NCBI GenBank assembly: GCA_964057225.1
Contig: OZ059897.1
Coordinates: forward strand, 1,488,001-1,552,000
DNA length: 64,000 nucleotides
From: Auanema rhodensis
Lineage: Eukaryota > Animalia > Nematoda
Reading direction: 5' to 3'
This document shows, piece by piece, positions 24,687 to 38,958 of the stretch (position 1 is the stretch's first letter; each line of letters opens with the position of its first letter). The position numbers and the translations under genes are program-made. The notes below the pieces were generated by a model. It was given only the letters and a program-made list of their open reading frames with translations. It searched no databases and was not told the DNA's origin.

Positions 24687-27600
24687 TTTTTGTCAAAATG
24701 TTTTTGGAAGCAATGTTGAGTGTACATGGAAACTCAACATACACTAATGCATCATTTTTCAAACGATCATAACTAATTTTTGTATTGAGCGTTTTTTAAT
24801 GTATTATAGTGCATTCGATACGGATTTTTAAGCTGCTTCGATCTGTGTTATCAGATTTGCGCTAGCAAAGAAGTGCACCGAGATATCAACTGATATAAGT
24901 TCACACTTATATCCTCGATTTTCACCCTGAAGAATTAATTTTTTTGTTGATTAACATTGTCCATCGTCTTTGCCTTGAAAAAAGGAATCTAAAAACATCT
25001 ACTTTTTGTAAAATTATTTCGAAAATTTTCGGGAAAATTTTTGTCAAAATGTTTTTGGAAGCAATGTTGAGTGTACATGGAAACTCAACATACACTAATG
25101 CATAATTTTTTAAACAATCATAACTAATTTTTGTATTGAGCGTTTCTTAATGTATTATAGTGCATTCGATGCGGATTTTTAAGCTGCGTCGATCTGTGTT
25201 ATCAGATTTGAGTTAGCTTAAAAATGCACCGAGATATCAACTGATATAAGTTCACACTTATATCCTCGATTTTCACCCTGAAGAATTAATTTTTTCGTTG
25301 AATAACATTGTCCATCGTCTTTGCCTTGAAAAAAAGAATCTAAAAACATCTACTTTTTGTGAAATTATTTTGAAATTTTTCAGGAAAATTTTTGTCAAAA
25401 TGTTTTTGGAATCAATGTTGAGTGTACATGGAAACTCAACATACACTAATGCATAATTTTTTAAACGATCATAACTAATTTTTGTATTGAGCGTTTCTGA
25501 ATGTATTATAGTGCATTCGATGCGGATTTTTAAGCTGCGTCGATCTGTGTTATCAGATTTGAGTTAGCTTAAAAATGCACCGAGATATCAACTGATATAA
25601 GTTCACACTTATATCCTCGATTTTCACCCTGAAGAATTAATTTTTTCGTTGATTAACATTGTCCATCGTCTTTGCCTTGAAAAAAGGAATCTAAAAACAT
25701 CTACTTTTTGTGAAATTATTTTGAAATTTTTTGGCAAAATTTTTGTCAAAATGTTTTTGGAAGCAATGTTGAGTGTACATGGAAACTCAACATACACTAA
25801 TGCATCATTTTTCAAACGATCATAACTAATTTTTGTATTGAGCGTTTTTTAATGTATTATAGTGCATTCGATACGGATTTTTAAGCTGCTTCGATCTGTG
25901 TTATCAGATTTGCGCTAGCAAAGAAATGCACCGAGATATCAACTGATATAAGTTCACACTTATATCCTCGATTTTCACCCTGAAGAATTAATTTTTTCGT
26001 TGATTAACATTGTCCATCGTCTTTGCCTTGAAAAAAGGAATCTAAAAACATCTACTTTTTGTGAAATTATTTTGAAATTTTTCGGGAAAATTTTTGTCAA
26101 AATGTTTTTGGAAGCAATGTTGAGTGTACATGGAAACTCAACATACACTAATGCATAATTTTTTAAACAATCATAACTAATTTTTGTATTGAGCGTTTCT
26201 TAATGTATTATAGTGCATTCGATGCGGATTTTTAAGCTGCGTCGATCTGTGTTATCAGATTTGAGTTAGCTTAAAAATGCACCGAGATATCAACTGATAT
26301 AAGTTCACACTTATATCCTCGATTTTCACCCTGAAGAATTAATTTTTTCGTTGATTAACATTGTCCATCGTCTTTGCCTTGAAAAAAGGAATCTAAAAAC
26401 ATCTACTTTTTGTGAAATTATTTTGAAATTTTTTGGCAAAATTTTTGTCAAAATGTTTTTGGAAGCAATGTTGAGTGTACATGGAAACTCAACATACACT
26501 AATGCATAATTTTTTAAACAATCATAACTAATTTTTGTATTGAGCGTTTCTTAATGTATTATAGTGCATTCGATGCGGATTTTTAAGCTGCGTCGATCTG
26601 TGTTATCAGATTTGCGCTAGCAAAGAAATGCACCGAGATATCAACTGATATAAGTTCACACTTATATCCTCGATTTTCACCCTGAAGAATTAATTTTTTC
26701 GTTGATTAACATTGTCCATCGTCTTTGCCTTGAAAAAAGGAATCTAAAAACATGTACTTTTTGTGAAATTATTTTGAAATTTTTTGGCAAAATTTTTGTC
26801 AAAATGTTTTTGAAAGCAATGTTGAGTGTACATGGAAACTCAACATACACTAATGCAACATTTTTCAAACGATCATAACTAATTTTTGTATTGAGCGTTT
26901 CTGAATGTATTATAGTGCATTCGATGCGGATTTTTAAGCTGCTTCGATCTGTGTTATCAGATTTGCGCTAGCTTAAAAATGCACCGAGATATCAACTGAT
27001 ATAAGTTCACACTTATATCCTCGATTTTCACCCTGAAGAATTAATTTTTTCGTTGATTAACATTGTCCATCGTCTTTGCCTTGAAAAAAGGAATCTAAAA
27101 ACATCTACTTTTTGTGAAATTATTTTGAAATTTTTCGGGAAAATTTTTGTCAAAATGTTTTTGGAAGCAATGTTGAGTGTACATGGAAACTCAACATACA
27201 CTAATGCATAATTTTTTAAACAATCATAACTAATTTTTGTATTGAGCGTTTCTTAATGTATTATAGTGCATTCGATGCGGATTTTTAAGCTGCGTCGATC
27301 TGTGTTATCAGATTTGAGTTAGCTTAAAAATGCACCGAGATATCAACTGATATAAGTTCACACTTATATCCTCGATTTTCACCCTGAAGAATTAATTTTT
27401 TCGTTGAATAACATTGTCCATCGTCTTTGCCTTGAAAAAAAGAATCTAAAAACATCTACTTTTTGTGAAATTATTTTGAAATTTTTCAGGAAAATTTTTG
27501 TCAAAATGTTTTTGGAATCAATGTTGAGTGTACATGGAAACTCAACATACACTAATGCATAATTTTTTAAACGATCATAACTAATTTTTGTATTGAGCGT

Positions 27601-30600
27601 TTCTTAATGTATTATAGTGCATTCGATGCGGATTTTTAAGCTGCTTCGATCTGTGTTATCAGATTTGCGCTAGCTTAAAAATGCACCGAGATATCAACTG
27701 ATATAAGTTCACACTTATATCCTCGATTTTCACCCTGAAGAATTAATTTTTTCGTTGATTAACATTGTCCATCGTCTTTGCCTTGAAAAAAGGAATCTAA
27801 AAACATCTACTTTTGTGAAATTATTTTGAAATTTTTTGGCAAAATTTTTGTCAAAATGTTTTTGAAAGCAATGTTGAGTGTACATGGAAACTCAACATAC
27901 ACTAATGCAACATTTTTCAAACGATCATAACTAATTTTTGTATTGAGCGTTTCTGAATGTATTATAGTGCATTCGATGCGGATTTTTAAGCTGCTTCGAT
28001 CTGTGTTATCAGATTTGCGCTAGCTTAAAAATGCACCGAGATATCAACTGATATAAGTTCACACTTATATCCTCGATTTTCACCCTGAAGAATTAATTTT
28101 TTTGTTGATTAACATTGTCCATCGTCTTTGCCTTGAAAAAAGGAATCTAAAAACATCTACTTTTTGTGAAATTATTTTGAAATTTTTTGGCAAAATTTTT
28201 GTCAAAATGTTTTTGGAATCAATGTTGAGTGTACATGGAAACTCAACATACACTAATGCATAATTTTTTAAACGATCATAACTAATTTTTGTATTGAGCG
28301 TTTCTTAATGTATTATAGTGCATTCGATGCGGATTTTTAAGCTGCTTCGATCTGTGTTATCAGATTTGCGCTAGCTTAAAAATGCACCGAGATATCAACT
28401 GATATAAGTTCACACTTATATCCTCGATTTTCACCCTGAAGAATTAATTTTTTCGTTGATTAACATTGTCCATCGTCTTTGCCTTGAAAAAAGGAATCTA
28501 AAAACATCTACTTTTGTGAAATTATTTTGAAATTTTTTGGCAAAATTTTTGTCAAAATGTTTTTGAAAGCAATGTTGAGTGTACATGGAAACTCAACATA
28601 CACTAATGCAACATTTTTCAAACGATCATAACTAATTTTTGTATTGAGCGTTTCTGAATGTATTATAGTGCATTCGATGCGGATTTTTAAGCTGCTTCGA
28701 TCTGTGTTATCAGATTTGCGCTAGCTTAAAAATGCACCGAGATATCAACTGATATAAGTTCACACTTATATCCTCGATTTTCACCCTGAAGAATTAATTT
28801 TTTCGTTGATTAACATTGTCCATCGTCTTTGCCTTGCAAAAAGGAATCTAAAAACATCTACTTTTTGTGAAATTATTTTGAAATTTTTTGGCAAAATTTT
28901 TGTCAAAATGTTTTTGGAAGCAATGTTGAGTGTACATGGAAACTCAACATACACTAATGCATAATTTTTTAAACAATCATAACTAATTTTTGTATTGAGC
29001 GTTTCTTAATGTATTATAGTGCATTCGATGCGGATTTTTAAGCTGCGTCGATCTGTGTTATCAGATTTGAGTTAGCTTAAAAATGCACCGAGATATCAAC
29101 TGATATAAGTTCACACTTATATCCTCGATTTTCACCCTGAAGAATTAATTTTTTCGTTGAATAACATTGTCCATCGTCTTCGCCTTGAAAAAAGAAATCT
29201 AAAAACATCTACTTTTGGTAAAATTATTTTGAAATTTTTCAGGAAAATTTTTGTCAAAATGTTTTTGGAAGCAATGTTGAGTGTACATGGAAACTCAACA
29301 TACACTAATGCATAATTTTTTAAACGATCATAACTAATTTTTGTATTGAGCGTTTTTTAATGTATTATAGTGCATTCGATACGGATTTTTAAGCTGCTTC
29401 GATCTGTGTTATCAGATTTGCGCTAGCTTAGAAATGCACCGAGATATCAACTGATATAAGTTCACACTTATATCCTCGATTTTCACCCTGAAGAATTAAT
29501 TTTTTCGTTGAATAACATTGTCCATCGTCTTCGCCTTGAAAAAAGGAATTTAAAAACATCTACTTTTCGTGAAATTATTTTGAAATTTTTCGGGAAAATT
29601 TTTGTCAAAATGTTTTTGGAAGCAATGTTGAGTGTACATGGAAACTCAACATACACTAATGCATAATTTTTTAAACAATCATAACTAATTTTTGTATTGA
29701 GCGTTTCTTAATGTATTATAGTGCATTCGATACGGATTTTTAAGCTGCTTCGATCTGTGTTATCAGATTTGCGCTAGCTTAAAATTGCACCGCGATATCA
29801 ACTGATATAAGTTCACACTTATATCCTCGATTTTCACCCTGAAGAATTAATTTTTTCGTTGATTAACATTGTCCATCGTCTTTGCCTTGAAAAAAGGAAT
29901 CTAAAAACATCTACTTTTGTGAAATTATTTTGAAATTTTTTGGCAAAATTTTTGTCAAAATGTTTTTGAAAGCAATGTTGAGTGTACATGGAAACTCAAC
30001 ATACACTAATGCAACATTTTTCAAACGATCATAACTAATTTTTGTATTGAGCGTTTCTGAATGTATTATAGTGCATTCGATGCGGATTTTTAAGCTGCTT
30101 CGATCTGTGTTATCAGATTTGCGCTAGCTTAAAAATGCACCGAGATATCAACTGATATAAGTTCACACTTATATCCTCGATTTTCACCCTGAAGAATTAA
30201 TTTTTTCGTTGATTAACATTGTCCATCGTCTTTGCCTTGAAAAAAGGAATCTAAAAACATCTACTTTTTGAGAAATTATTTTGAAATTTTTTGGCAAAAT
30301 TTTTGTCAAAATGTTTTTGGAAGCAATGTTGAGTGTACATGGAAACTCAACATACACTAATGCATAATTTTTTAAACAATCATAACTAATTTTTGTATTG
30401 AGCGTTTCTTAATGTATTATAGTGCATTCGATGCGGATTTTTATGCTGCCTCGATCTGTGTTATCAGATTTGAGTTAGCTTAAAAATGCACCGAGATATC
30501 AACTGATATAAGTTCACACTTATATCCTCGATTTTCACCCTGAAGAATTAATTTTTTCGTTGAATAACATTGTCCATCGTCTTCGCCTTGAAAAAAGAAA

Positions 30601-31236
30601 TCTAAAAACATCTACTTTTGGTAAAATTATTTTGAAATTTTTCAGGAAAATTTTTGTCAAAATGTTTTTGGAATCAATGTTGAGTGTACATGGAAACTCA
30701 ACATACACTAATGCAACATTTTTCAAACAATCATAAATAATTTTTGTATTGAGCGTTTCTTAATGTATTATAGTGCATTCGATACGGATTTTTAAGCTGC
30801 TTCGATCTGTGTTATCAGATTTGCGCTAGCTTAGAAATGCACCGAGATATCAACTGATATAAGTTCACACTTATATCCTCGATTTTCACCCTGAAGAATT
30901 AATTTTTTCGTTGAATAACATTGTCCATCGTCTTCGCCTTGAAAAAAGAAATCTAAAAACATCTACTTTTGGTAAAATTATTTTGAAATTTTTCAGGAAA
31001 ATTTTTGTCAAAATGTTTTTGGAATCAATGTTGAGTGTACATGGAAACTCAACATACACTAATGCAACATTTTTCAAACAATCATAAATAATTTTTGTAT
31101 TGAGCGTTTCTTAATGTATTATAGTGCATTCGATACGGATTTTTAAGCTGCTTCGATCTGTGTTATCAGATTTGCGCTAGCTTAGAAATGCACCGAGATA
31201 TCAACTGATATAAGTTCACACTTATATCCTCGATTT

Positions 31237-34200
31237 TCACCCTGAAGAATTAATTTTTTCGTTGAATAACATTGTCCATCGTCTTCGCCTTGAAAAAAGG
31301 AATTTAAAAACATCTACTTTTCGTGAAATTATTTCGAAATTTTTCGGGAAAATTTTTGTCAAAATGTTTTTGGAAGCAATGTTGAGTGTACATGGAAACT
31401 CAACATACACTAATGCAACATTTTTCAAACGATCATAACTAATTTTTGTATTGAGCGTTTCTGAATGTATTATAGTGCATTCGATGCGGATTTTTAAGCT
31501 GCTTCGATCTGTGTTATCAGATTTGCGCTAGCTTAAAAATGCACCGAGATATCAACTGATATAAGTTCACACTTATATCCTCGATTTTCACCCTGAAGAA
31601 TTAATTTTTTCGTTGATTAACATTGTCCATCGTCTTTGCCTTGAAAAAAGGAATCTAAAAACATCTACTTTTTGTGAACTTATTTTGAAATTTTTTGGCA
31701 AAATTTTTGTCAAAATGTTTTTGGAAGCAATGTTGAGTGTACATGGAAACTCAACATACACTAATGCATAATTTTTTAAACAATCATAACTAATTTTTGT
31801 ATTGAGCGTTTCTTAATGTATTATAGTGCATTCGATGCGGATTTTTAAGCTGCGTCGATCTGTGTTATCAGATTTGAGTTAGCTTAAAAATGCACCGAGA
31901 TATCAACTGATATAAGTTCACACTTATATCCTCGATTTTCACCCTGAAGAATTAATTTTTTCGTTGAACAACATTGTCCATCGTCTTCGCCTTGAAAAAA
32001 GAAATCTAAAAACATCTACTTTTGGTAAAATTATTTTGAAATTTTTCAGGAAAATTTTTGTCAAAATGTTTTTGGAATCAATGTTGAGTGTACATGGAAA
32101 CTCAACATACACTAATGCAACATTTTTCAAACAATCATAAATAATTTTTGTATTGAGCGTTTCTTAATGTATTATAGTGCATTCGATACGGATTTTTAAG
32201 CTGCTTCGATCTGTGTTATCAGATTTGCGCTAGCTTAGAAATGCACCGAGATATCAACTGATATAAGTTCACACTTATATCCTCGATTTTCACCCTGAAG
32301 AATTAATTTTTTCGTTGTATAACATTGTCCATCGTCTTCGCCTTGAAAAAAGGAATTTAAAAACATCTACTTTTCGTGAAATTATTTTGAAATTTTTCGG
32401 GAAAATTTTTGTCAAAATGTTTTTGGAAGCAATGTTGAGTGTACATGGAAACTCAACATACACTAATGCAACATTTTTCAAACAATCATAAATAATTTTT
32501 GTATTGAGCGTTTCTTAATGTATTATAGTGCATTCGATACGGATTTTTAAGCTGCTTCGATCTGTGTTATCAGATTTGCGCTAGCTTAAAAATGCACCGA
32601 GATATCAACTGATATAAGTTCACACTTATATCCTCGATTTTCACCCTGAAGAATTAATTTTTTCGTTGATTAACATTGTCCATCGTCTTTGCCTTGAAAA
32701 AAGGAATTTAAAAACATCTACTTTTCGTGAAATTATTTTGAAATTTTTCGGGAAAATTTTTGTCAAAATGTTTTTGGAAGCAATGTTGAGTGTACATGGA
32801 AACTCAACATACACTAATGCAACATTTTTCAAACAATCATAAATAATTTTTGTATTGAGCGTTTCTTAATGTATTATAGTGCATTCGATGCGGATTTTAA
32901 AGCTTCGTCGATCTGTGTTATCAGATTTGAGTTAGCTTAAAAATGCACCGAGATATCAACTGATATAAGTTCACACTTATATCCTCGATTTTCACCCTGA
33001 AGAATTAATTTTTTCGTTGAATAACATTGTCCATCGTCTTCGCCTTGAAAAAAGGAATTTAAAAACATCTACTTTTCGTGAAATTATTTTGAAATTTTTC
33101 GGGAAAATTTTTGTCAAAATGTTTTTGGAAGCAATGTTGAGTGTACATGGAAACTCAACATACACTAATGCAACATTTTTCAAACGATCATAACTAATTT
33201 TTGTATTGAGCGTTTCTGAATGTATTATAGTGCATTCGATGCGGATTTTTAAGCTGCTTCGATCTGTGTTATCAGATTTGCGCTAGCTTAAAAATGCACC
33301 GAGATATCAACTGATATAAGTTCACACTTATATCCTCGATTTTCACCCTGAAGAATTAATTTTTTCGTTGATTAACATTGTCCATCGTCTTTGCCTTGAA
33401 AAAAGGAATCTAAAAACATCTACTTTTTGTGAAATTATTTTGAAATTTTTTGGCAAAATTTTTGTCAAAATGTTTTTGGAAGCAATGTTGAGTGTACATG
33501 GAAACTCAACATACACTAATGCAACATTTTTCAAACGATCATAACTAATTTTTGTATTGAGCGTTTCTGAATGTATTATAGTGCATTCGATGCGGATTTT
33601 TAAGCTGCTTCGATCTGTGTTATCAGATTTGCGCTAGCTTAAAAATGCACCGAGATATCAACTGATATAAGTTCACACTTATATCCTCGATTTTCACCCT
33701 GAAGAATTAATTTTTTCGTTGAATAACATTGTCCATCGTCTTCGCCTTGAAAAAAGAAATCTAAAAACATCTACTTTTGGTAAAATTATTTTGAAATTTT
33801 TCAGGAAAATTTTTGTCAAAATGTTTTTGGAATCAATGTTGAGTGTACATGGAAACTCAACATACACTAATGCAACATTTTTCAAACAATCATAACTAAT
33901 TTTTGTATTGAGCGTTTCTTTATGTATTATAGTGCATTCGATACGGATTTTTAAGCTGCTTCGATCTGTGTTATCAGATTTGCGCTAGCTTAGAAATGCA
34001 CCGAGATATCAACTGATATAAGTTCACACTTATATCCTCGATTTTCACCCTGAAGAATTAATTTTTTCGTTGAATAACATTGTCCATCGTCTTCGCCTTG
34101 AAAAAAGGAATTTAAAAACATCTACTTTTCGTGAAATTATTTTGAAATTTTTCGGGAAAATTTTTGTCAAAATGTTTTTGGAAGCAATGTTGAGTGTACA

Positions 34201-37200
34201 TGGAAACTCAACATACACTAATGCAACATTTTTCAAACGATCATAACTAATTTTTGTATTGAGCGTTTCTGAATGTATTATAGTGCATTCGATGCGGATT
34301 TTTAAGCTGCTTCGATCTGTGTTATCAGATTTGCGCTAGCTTAAAAATGCACCGAGATATCAGCTGATATAAGTTCACACTTATATCCTCGATTTTCACC
34401 CTGAAGAATTAATTTTTTCGTTGATTAACATTGTCCATCGTCTTTGCCTTGAAAAAAGGAATCTAAAAACATCTACTTTTTGTGAAATTATTTTGAAATT
34501 TTTTGGCAAAATTTTTGTCAAAATGTTTTTGGAAGCAATGTTGAGTGTACATGGAAACTCAACATACACTAATGCATAATTTTTTAAACAATCATAACTA
34601 ATTTTTGTATTGAGCGTTTCTTAATGTATTATAGTGCATTCGATGCGGATTTTTAAGCTGCGTCGATCTGTGTTATCAGATTTGAGTTAGCTTAAAAATG
34701 CACCGAGATATCAACTGATATAAGTTCACACTTATATCCTCGATTTTCACCCTGAAGAATTAATTTTTTCGTTGAATAACATTGTCCATCGTCTTCGCCT
34801 TGAAAAAAGAAATCTAAAAACATCTACTTTTGGTAAAATTATTTTGAAATTTTTCAGGAAAATTCTTGTCAAAATGTTTTTGGAATCAATGTTGAGTGTA
34901 CATGGAAACTCAACATACACTAATGCAACATTTTTCAAACAATCATAAATAATTTTTGTATTGAGCGTTTCTTAATGTATTATAGTGCATTCGATACGGA
35001 TTTTTAAGCTGCTTCGATCTGTGTTATCAGATTTGCGCTAGCTTAGAAATGCACCGAGATATCAACTGATATAAGTTCACACTTATATCCTCGATTTTCA
35101 CCCTGAAGAATTAATTTTTTCGTTGAATAACATTGTCCATCGTCTTCGCCTTGAAAAAAGGAATTTAAAAACATCTACTTTTCGTGAAATTATTTTGAAA
35201 TTTTTCGGGAAAATTTTTGTCAAAATGTTTTTGGAAGCAATGTTGAGTGTACATGGAAACTCAACATACACTAATGCAACATTTTTCAAACGATCATAAC
35301 TAATTTTTGTATTGAGCGTTTCTGAATGTATTATAGTGCATTCGATACGGATTTTTAAGCTGCTTCGATCTGTGTTATCAGATTTGCGCTAGCTTAAAAA
35401 TGCACCGAGATATCAACTGATATAAGTTCACACTTATATCCTCGATTTTCACCCTGAAGAATTAATTTTTTCGTTGATTAACATTGTCCATCGTCTTTGC
35501 CTTGAAAAAAGGAATCTAAAAACATCTACTTTTTGTGAACTTATTTTGAAATTTTTTGGCAAAATTTTTGTCAAAATGTTTTTGGAAGCAATGTTGAGTG
35601 TACATGGAAACTCAACATACACTAATGCATAATTTTTTAAACAATCATAACTAATTTTTGTATTGAGCGTTTCTTAATGTATTATAGTGCATTCGATGCG
35701 GATTTTTAAGCTGCGTCGATCTGTGTTATCAGATTTGAGTTAGCTTAAAAATGCACCGAGATATCAACTGATATAAGTTCACACTTATATCCTCGATTTT
35801 CACCCTGAAGAATTAATTTTTTCGTTGAATAACATTGTCCATCGTCTTCGCCTTGAAAAAAGAAATCTAAAAACATCTACTTTTGGTAAAATTATTTTGA
35901 AATTTTTCAGGAAAATTTTTGTCAAAATGTTTTTGGAATCAATGTTGAGTGTACATGGAAACTCAACATACACTAATGCAACATTTTTCAAACAATCATA
36001 AATAATTTTTGTATTGAGCGTTTCTTAATGTATTATAGTGCATTCGATACGGATTTTTAAGCTGCTTCGATCTGTGTTATCAGATTTGCGCTAGCTTAGA
36101 AATGCACCGAGATATCAACTGATATAAGTTCACACTTATATCCTCGATTTTCACCCTGAAGAATTAATTTTTTCGTTGTATAACATTGTCCATCGTCTTC
36201 GCCTTGAAAAAAGGAATTTAAAAACATCTACTTTTCGTGAAATTATTTTGAAATTTTTCGGGAAAATTTTTGTCAAAATGTTTTTGGAAGCAATGTTGAG
36301 TGTACATGGAAACTCAACATACACTAATGCAACATTTTTCAAACAATCATAAATAATTTTTGTATTGAGCGTTTCTTAATGTATTATAGTGCATTCGATA
36401 CGGATTTTTAAGCTGCTTCGATCTGTGTTATCAGATTTGCGCTAGCTTAAAAATGCACCGAGATATCAACTGATATAAGTTCACACTTATATCCTCGATT
36501 TTCACCCTGAAGAATTAATTTTTTCGTTGATTAACATTGTCCATCGTCTTTGCCTTGAAAAAAGGAATTTAAAAACATCTACTTTTCGTGAAATTATTTT
36601 GAAATTTTTCGGGAAAATTTTTGTCAAAATGTTTTTGGAAGCAATGTTGAGTGTACATGGAAACTCAACATACACTAATGCAACATTTTTCAAACAATCA
36701 TAAATAATTTTTGTATTGAGCGTTTCTTAATGTATTATAGTGCATTCGATGCGGATTTTAAAGCTTCGTCGATCTGTGTTATCAGATTTGAGTTAGCTTA
36801 AAAATGCACCGAGATATCAACTGATATAAGTTCACACTTATATCCTCGATTTTCACCCTGAAGAATTAATTTTTTCGTTGAATAACATTGTCCATCGTCT
36901 TCGCCTTGAAAAAAGGAATTTAAAAACATCTACTTATCGTGAAATTATTTTGAAATTTTTCGGGAAAATTTTTGTCAAAATGTTTTTGGAAGCAATGTTG
37001 AGTGTACATGGAAACTCAACATACACTAATGCAACATTTTTCAAACGATCATAACTAATTTTTGTATTGAGCGTTTCTGAATGTATTATAGTGCATTCGA
37101 TGCGGATTTTTAAGCTGCTTCGATCTGTGTTATCAGATTTGCGCTAGCTTAAAAATGCACCGAGATATCAACTGATATAAGTTCACACTTATATCCTCGA

Positions 37201-38958
37201 TTTTCACCCTGAAGAATTAATTTTTTCGTTGATTAACATTGTCCATCGTATTTGCCTTGAAAAAAGGAATCTAAAAACATCTACTTTTTGTGAAATTATT
37301 TTGAAATTTTTTGGCAAAATTTTTGTCAAAATGTTTTTGGAAGCAATGTTGAGTGTACATGGAAACTCAACATACACTAATGCAACATTTTTCAAACGAT
37401 CATAACTAATTTTTGTATTGAGCGTTTCTGAATGTATTATAGTGCATTCGATGCGGATTTTTAAGCTGCTTCGATCTGTGTTATCAGATTTGCGCTAGCT
37501 TAAAAATGCACCGAGATATCAACTGATATAAGTTCACACTTATATCCTCGATTTTCACCCTGAAGAATTAATTTTTTCGTTGAATAACATTGTCCGTCGT
37601 CTTCGCCTTGAAAAAAGAAATCTAAAAACATCTACTTTTGGTAAAATTATTTTGAAATTTTTCAGGAAAATTTTTGTCAAAATGTTTTTGGAATCAATGT
37701 TGAGTGTACATGGAAACTCAACATACACTAATGCAACATTTTTCAAACAATCATAACTAATTTTTGTATTGAGCGTTTCTTTATGTATTATAGTGCATTC
37801 GATACGGATTTTTAAGCTGCTTCGATCTGTGTTATCAGATTTGCGCTAGCTTAGAAATGCACCGAGATATCAACTGATATAAGTTCACACTTATATCCTC
37901 GATTTTCACCCTGAAGAATTAATTTTTTCGTTGAATAACATTGTCCATCGTCTTCGCCTTGAAAAAAGGAATTTAAAAACATCTACTTTTCGTGAAATTA
38001 TTTTGAAATTTTTCGGGAAAATTTTTGTCAAAATGTTTTTGGAAGCAATGTTGAGTGTACATGGAAACTCAACATACACTAATGCAACATTTTTCAAACG
38101 ATCATAACTAATTTTTGTATTGAGCGTTTCTGAATGTATTATAGTGCATTCGATGCGGATTTTTAAGCTGCTTCGATCTGTGTTATCAGATTTGCGCTAG
38201 CTTAAAAATGCACCGAGATATCAACTGATATAAGTTCACACTTATATCCTCGATTTTCACCCTGAAGAATTAATTTTTTCGTTGATTAACATTGTCCATC
38301 GTCTTTGCCTTGAAAAAAGGAATCTAAAAACATCTACTTTTTGTGAAATTATTTTGAAATTTTTTGGCAAAATTTTTGTCAAAATGTTTTTGGAAGCAAT
38401 GTTGAGTGTACATGGAAACTCAACATACACTAATGCATAATTTTTTAAACAATCATAACTAATTTTTGTATTGAGCGTTTCTTAATGTATTATAGTGCAT
38501 TCGATGCGGATTTTTAAGCTGCGTCGATCTGTGTTATCAGATTTGAGTTAGCTTAAAAATGCACCGAGATATCAACTGATATAAGTTCACACTTATATCC
38601 TCGATTTTCACCCTGAAGAATTAATTTTTTCGTTGAATAACATTGTCCATCGTCTTCGCCTTGAAAAAAGAAATCTAAAAACATCTACTTTTGGTAAAAT
38701 TATTTTGAAATTTTTCAGGAAAATTCTTGTCAAAATGTTTTTGGAATCAATGTTGAGTGTACATGGAAACTCAACATACACTAATGCAACATTTTTCAAA
38801 CAATCATAAATAATTTTTGTATTGAGCGTTTCTTAATGTATTATAGTGCATTCGATACGGATTTTTAAGCTGCTTCGATCTGTGTTATCAGATTTGCGCT
38901 AGCTTAGAAATGCACCGAGATATCAGCTGATATAAGTTCACACTTATATCCTCGATTT
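31237..38958. repeat. Tandem duplication of an 11-monomer block (3861 bp)
   Basis: Rare variants recur at +3861: GTGAACTTAT (31588/35449), GTTGTATAAC (32290/36151), AAGCTTCGTC (32641/36502), TTCTTTATG (33694/37555), AATTCTTGTC (34747/38608). Confidence 0.92.
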
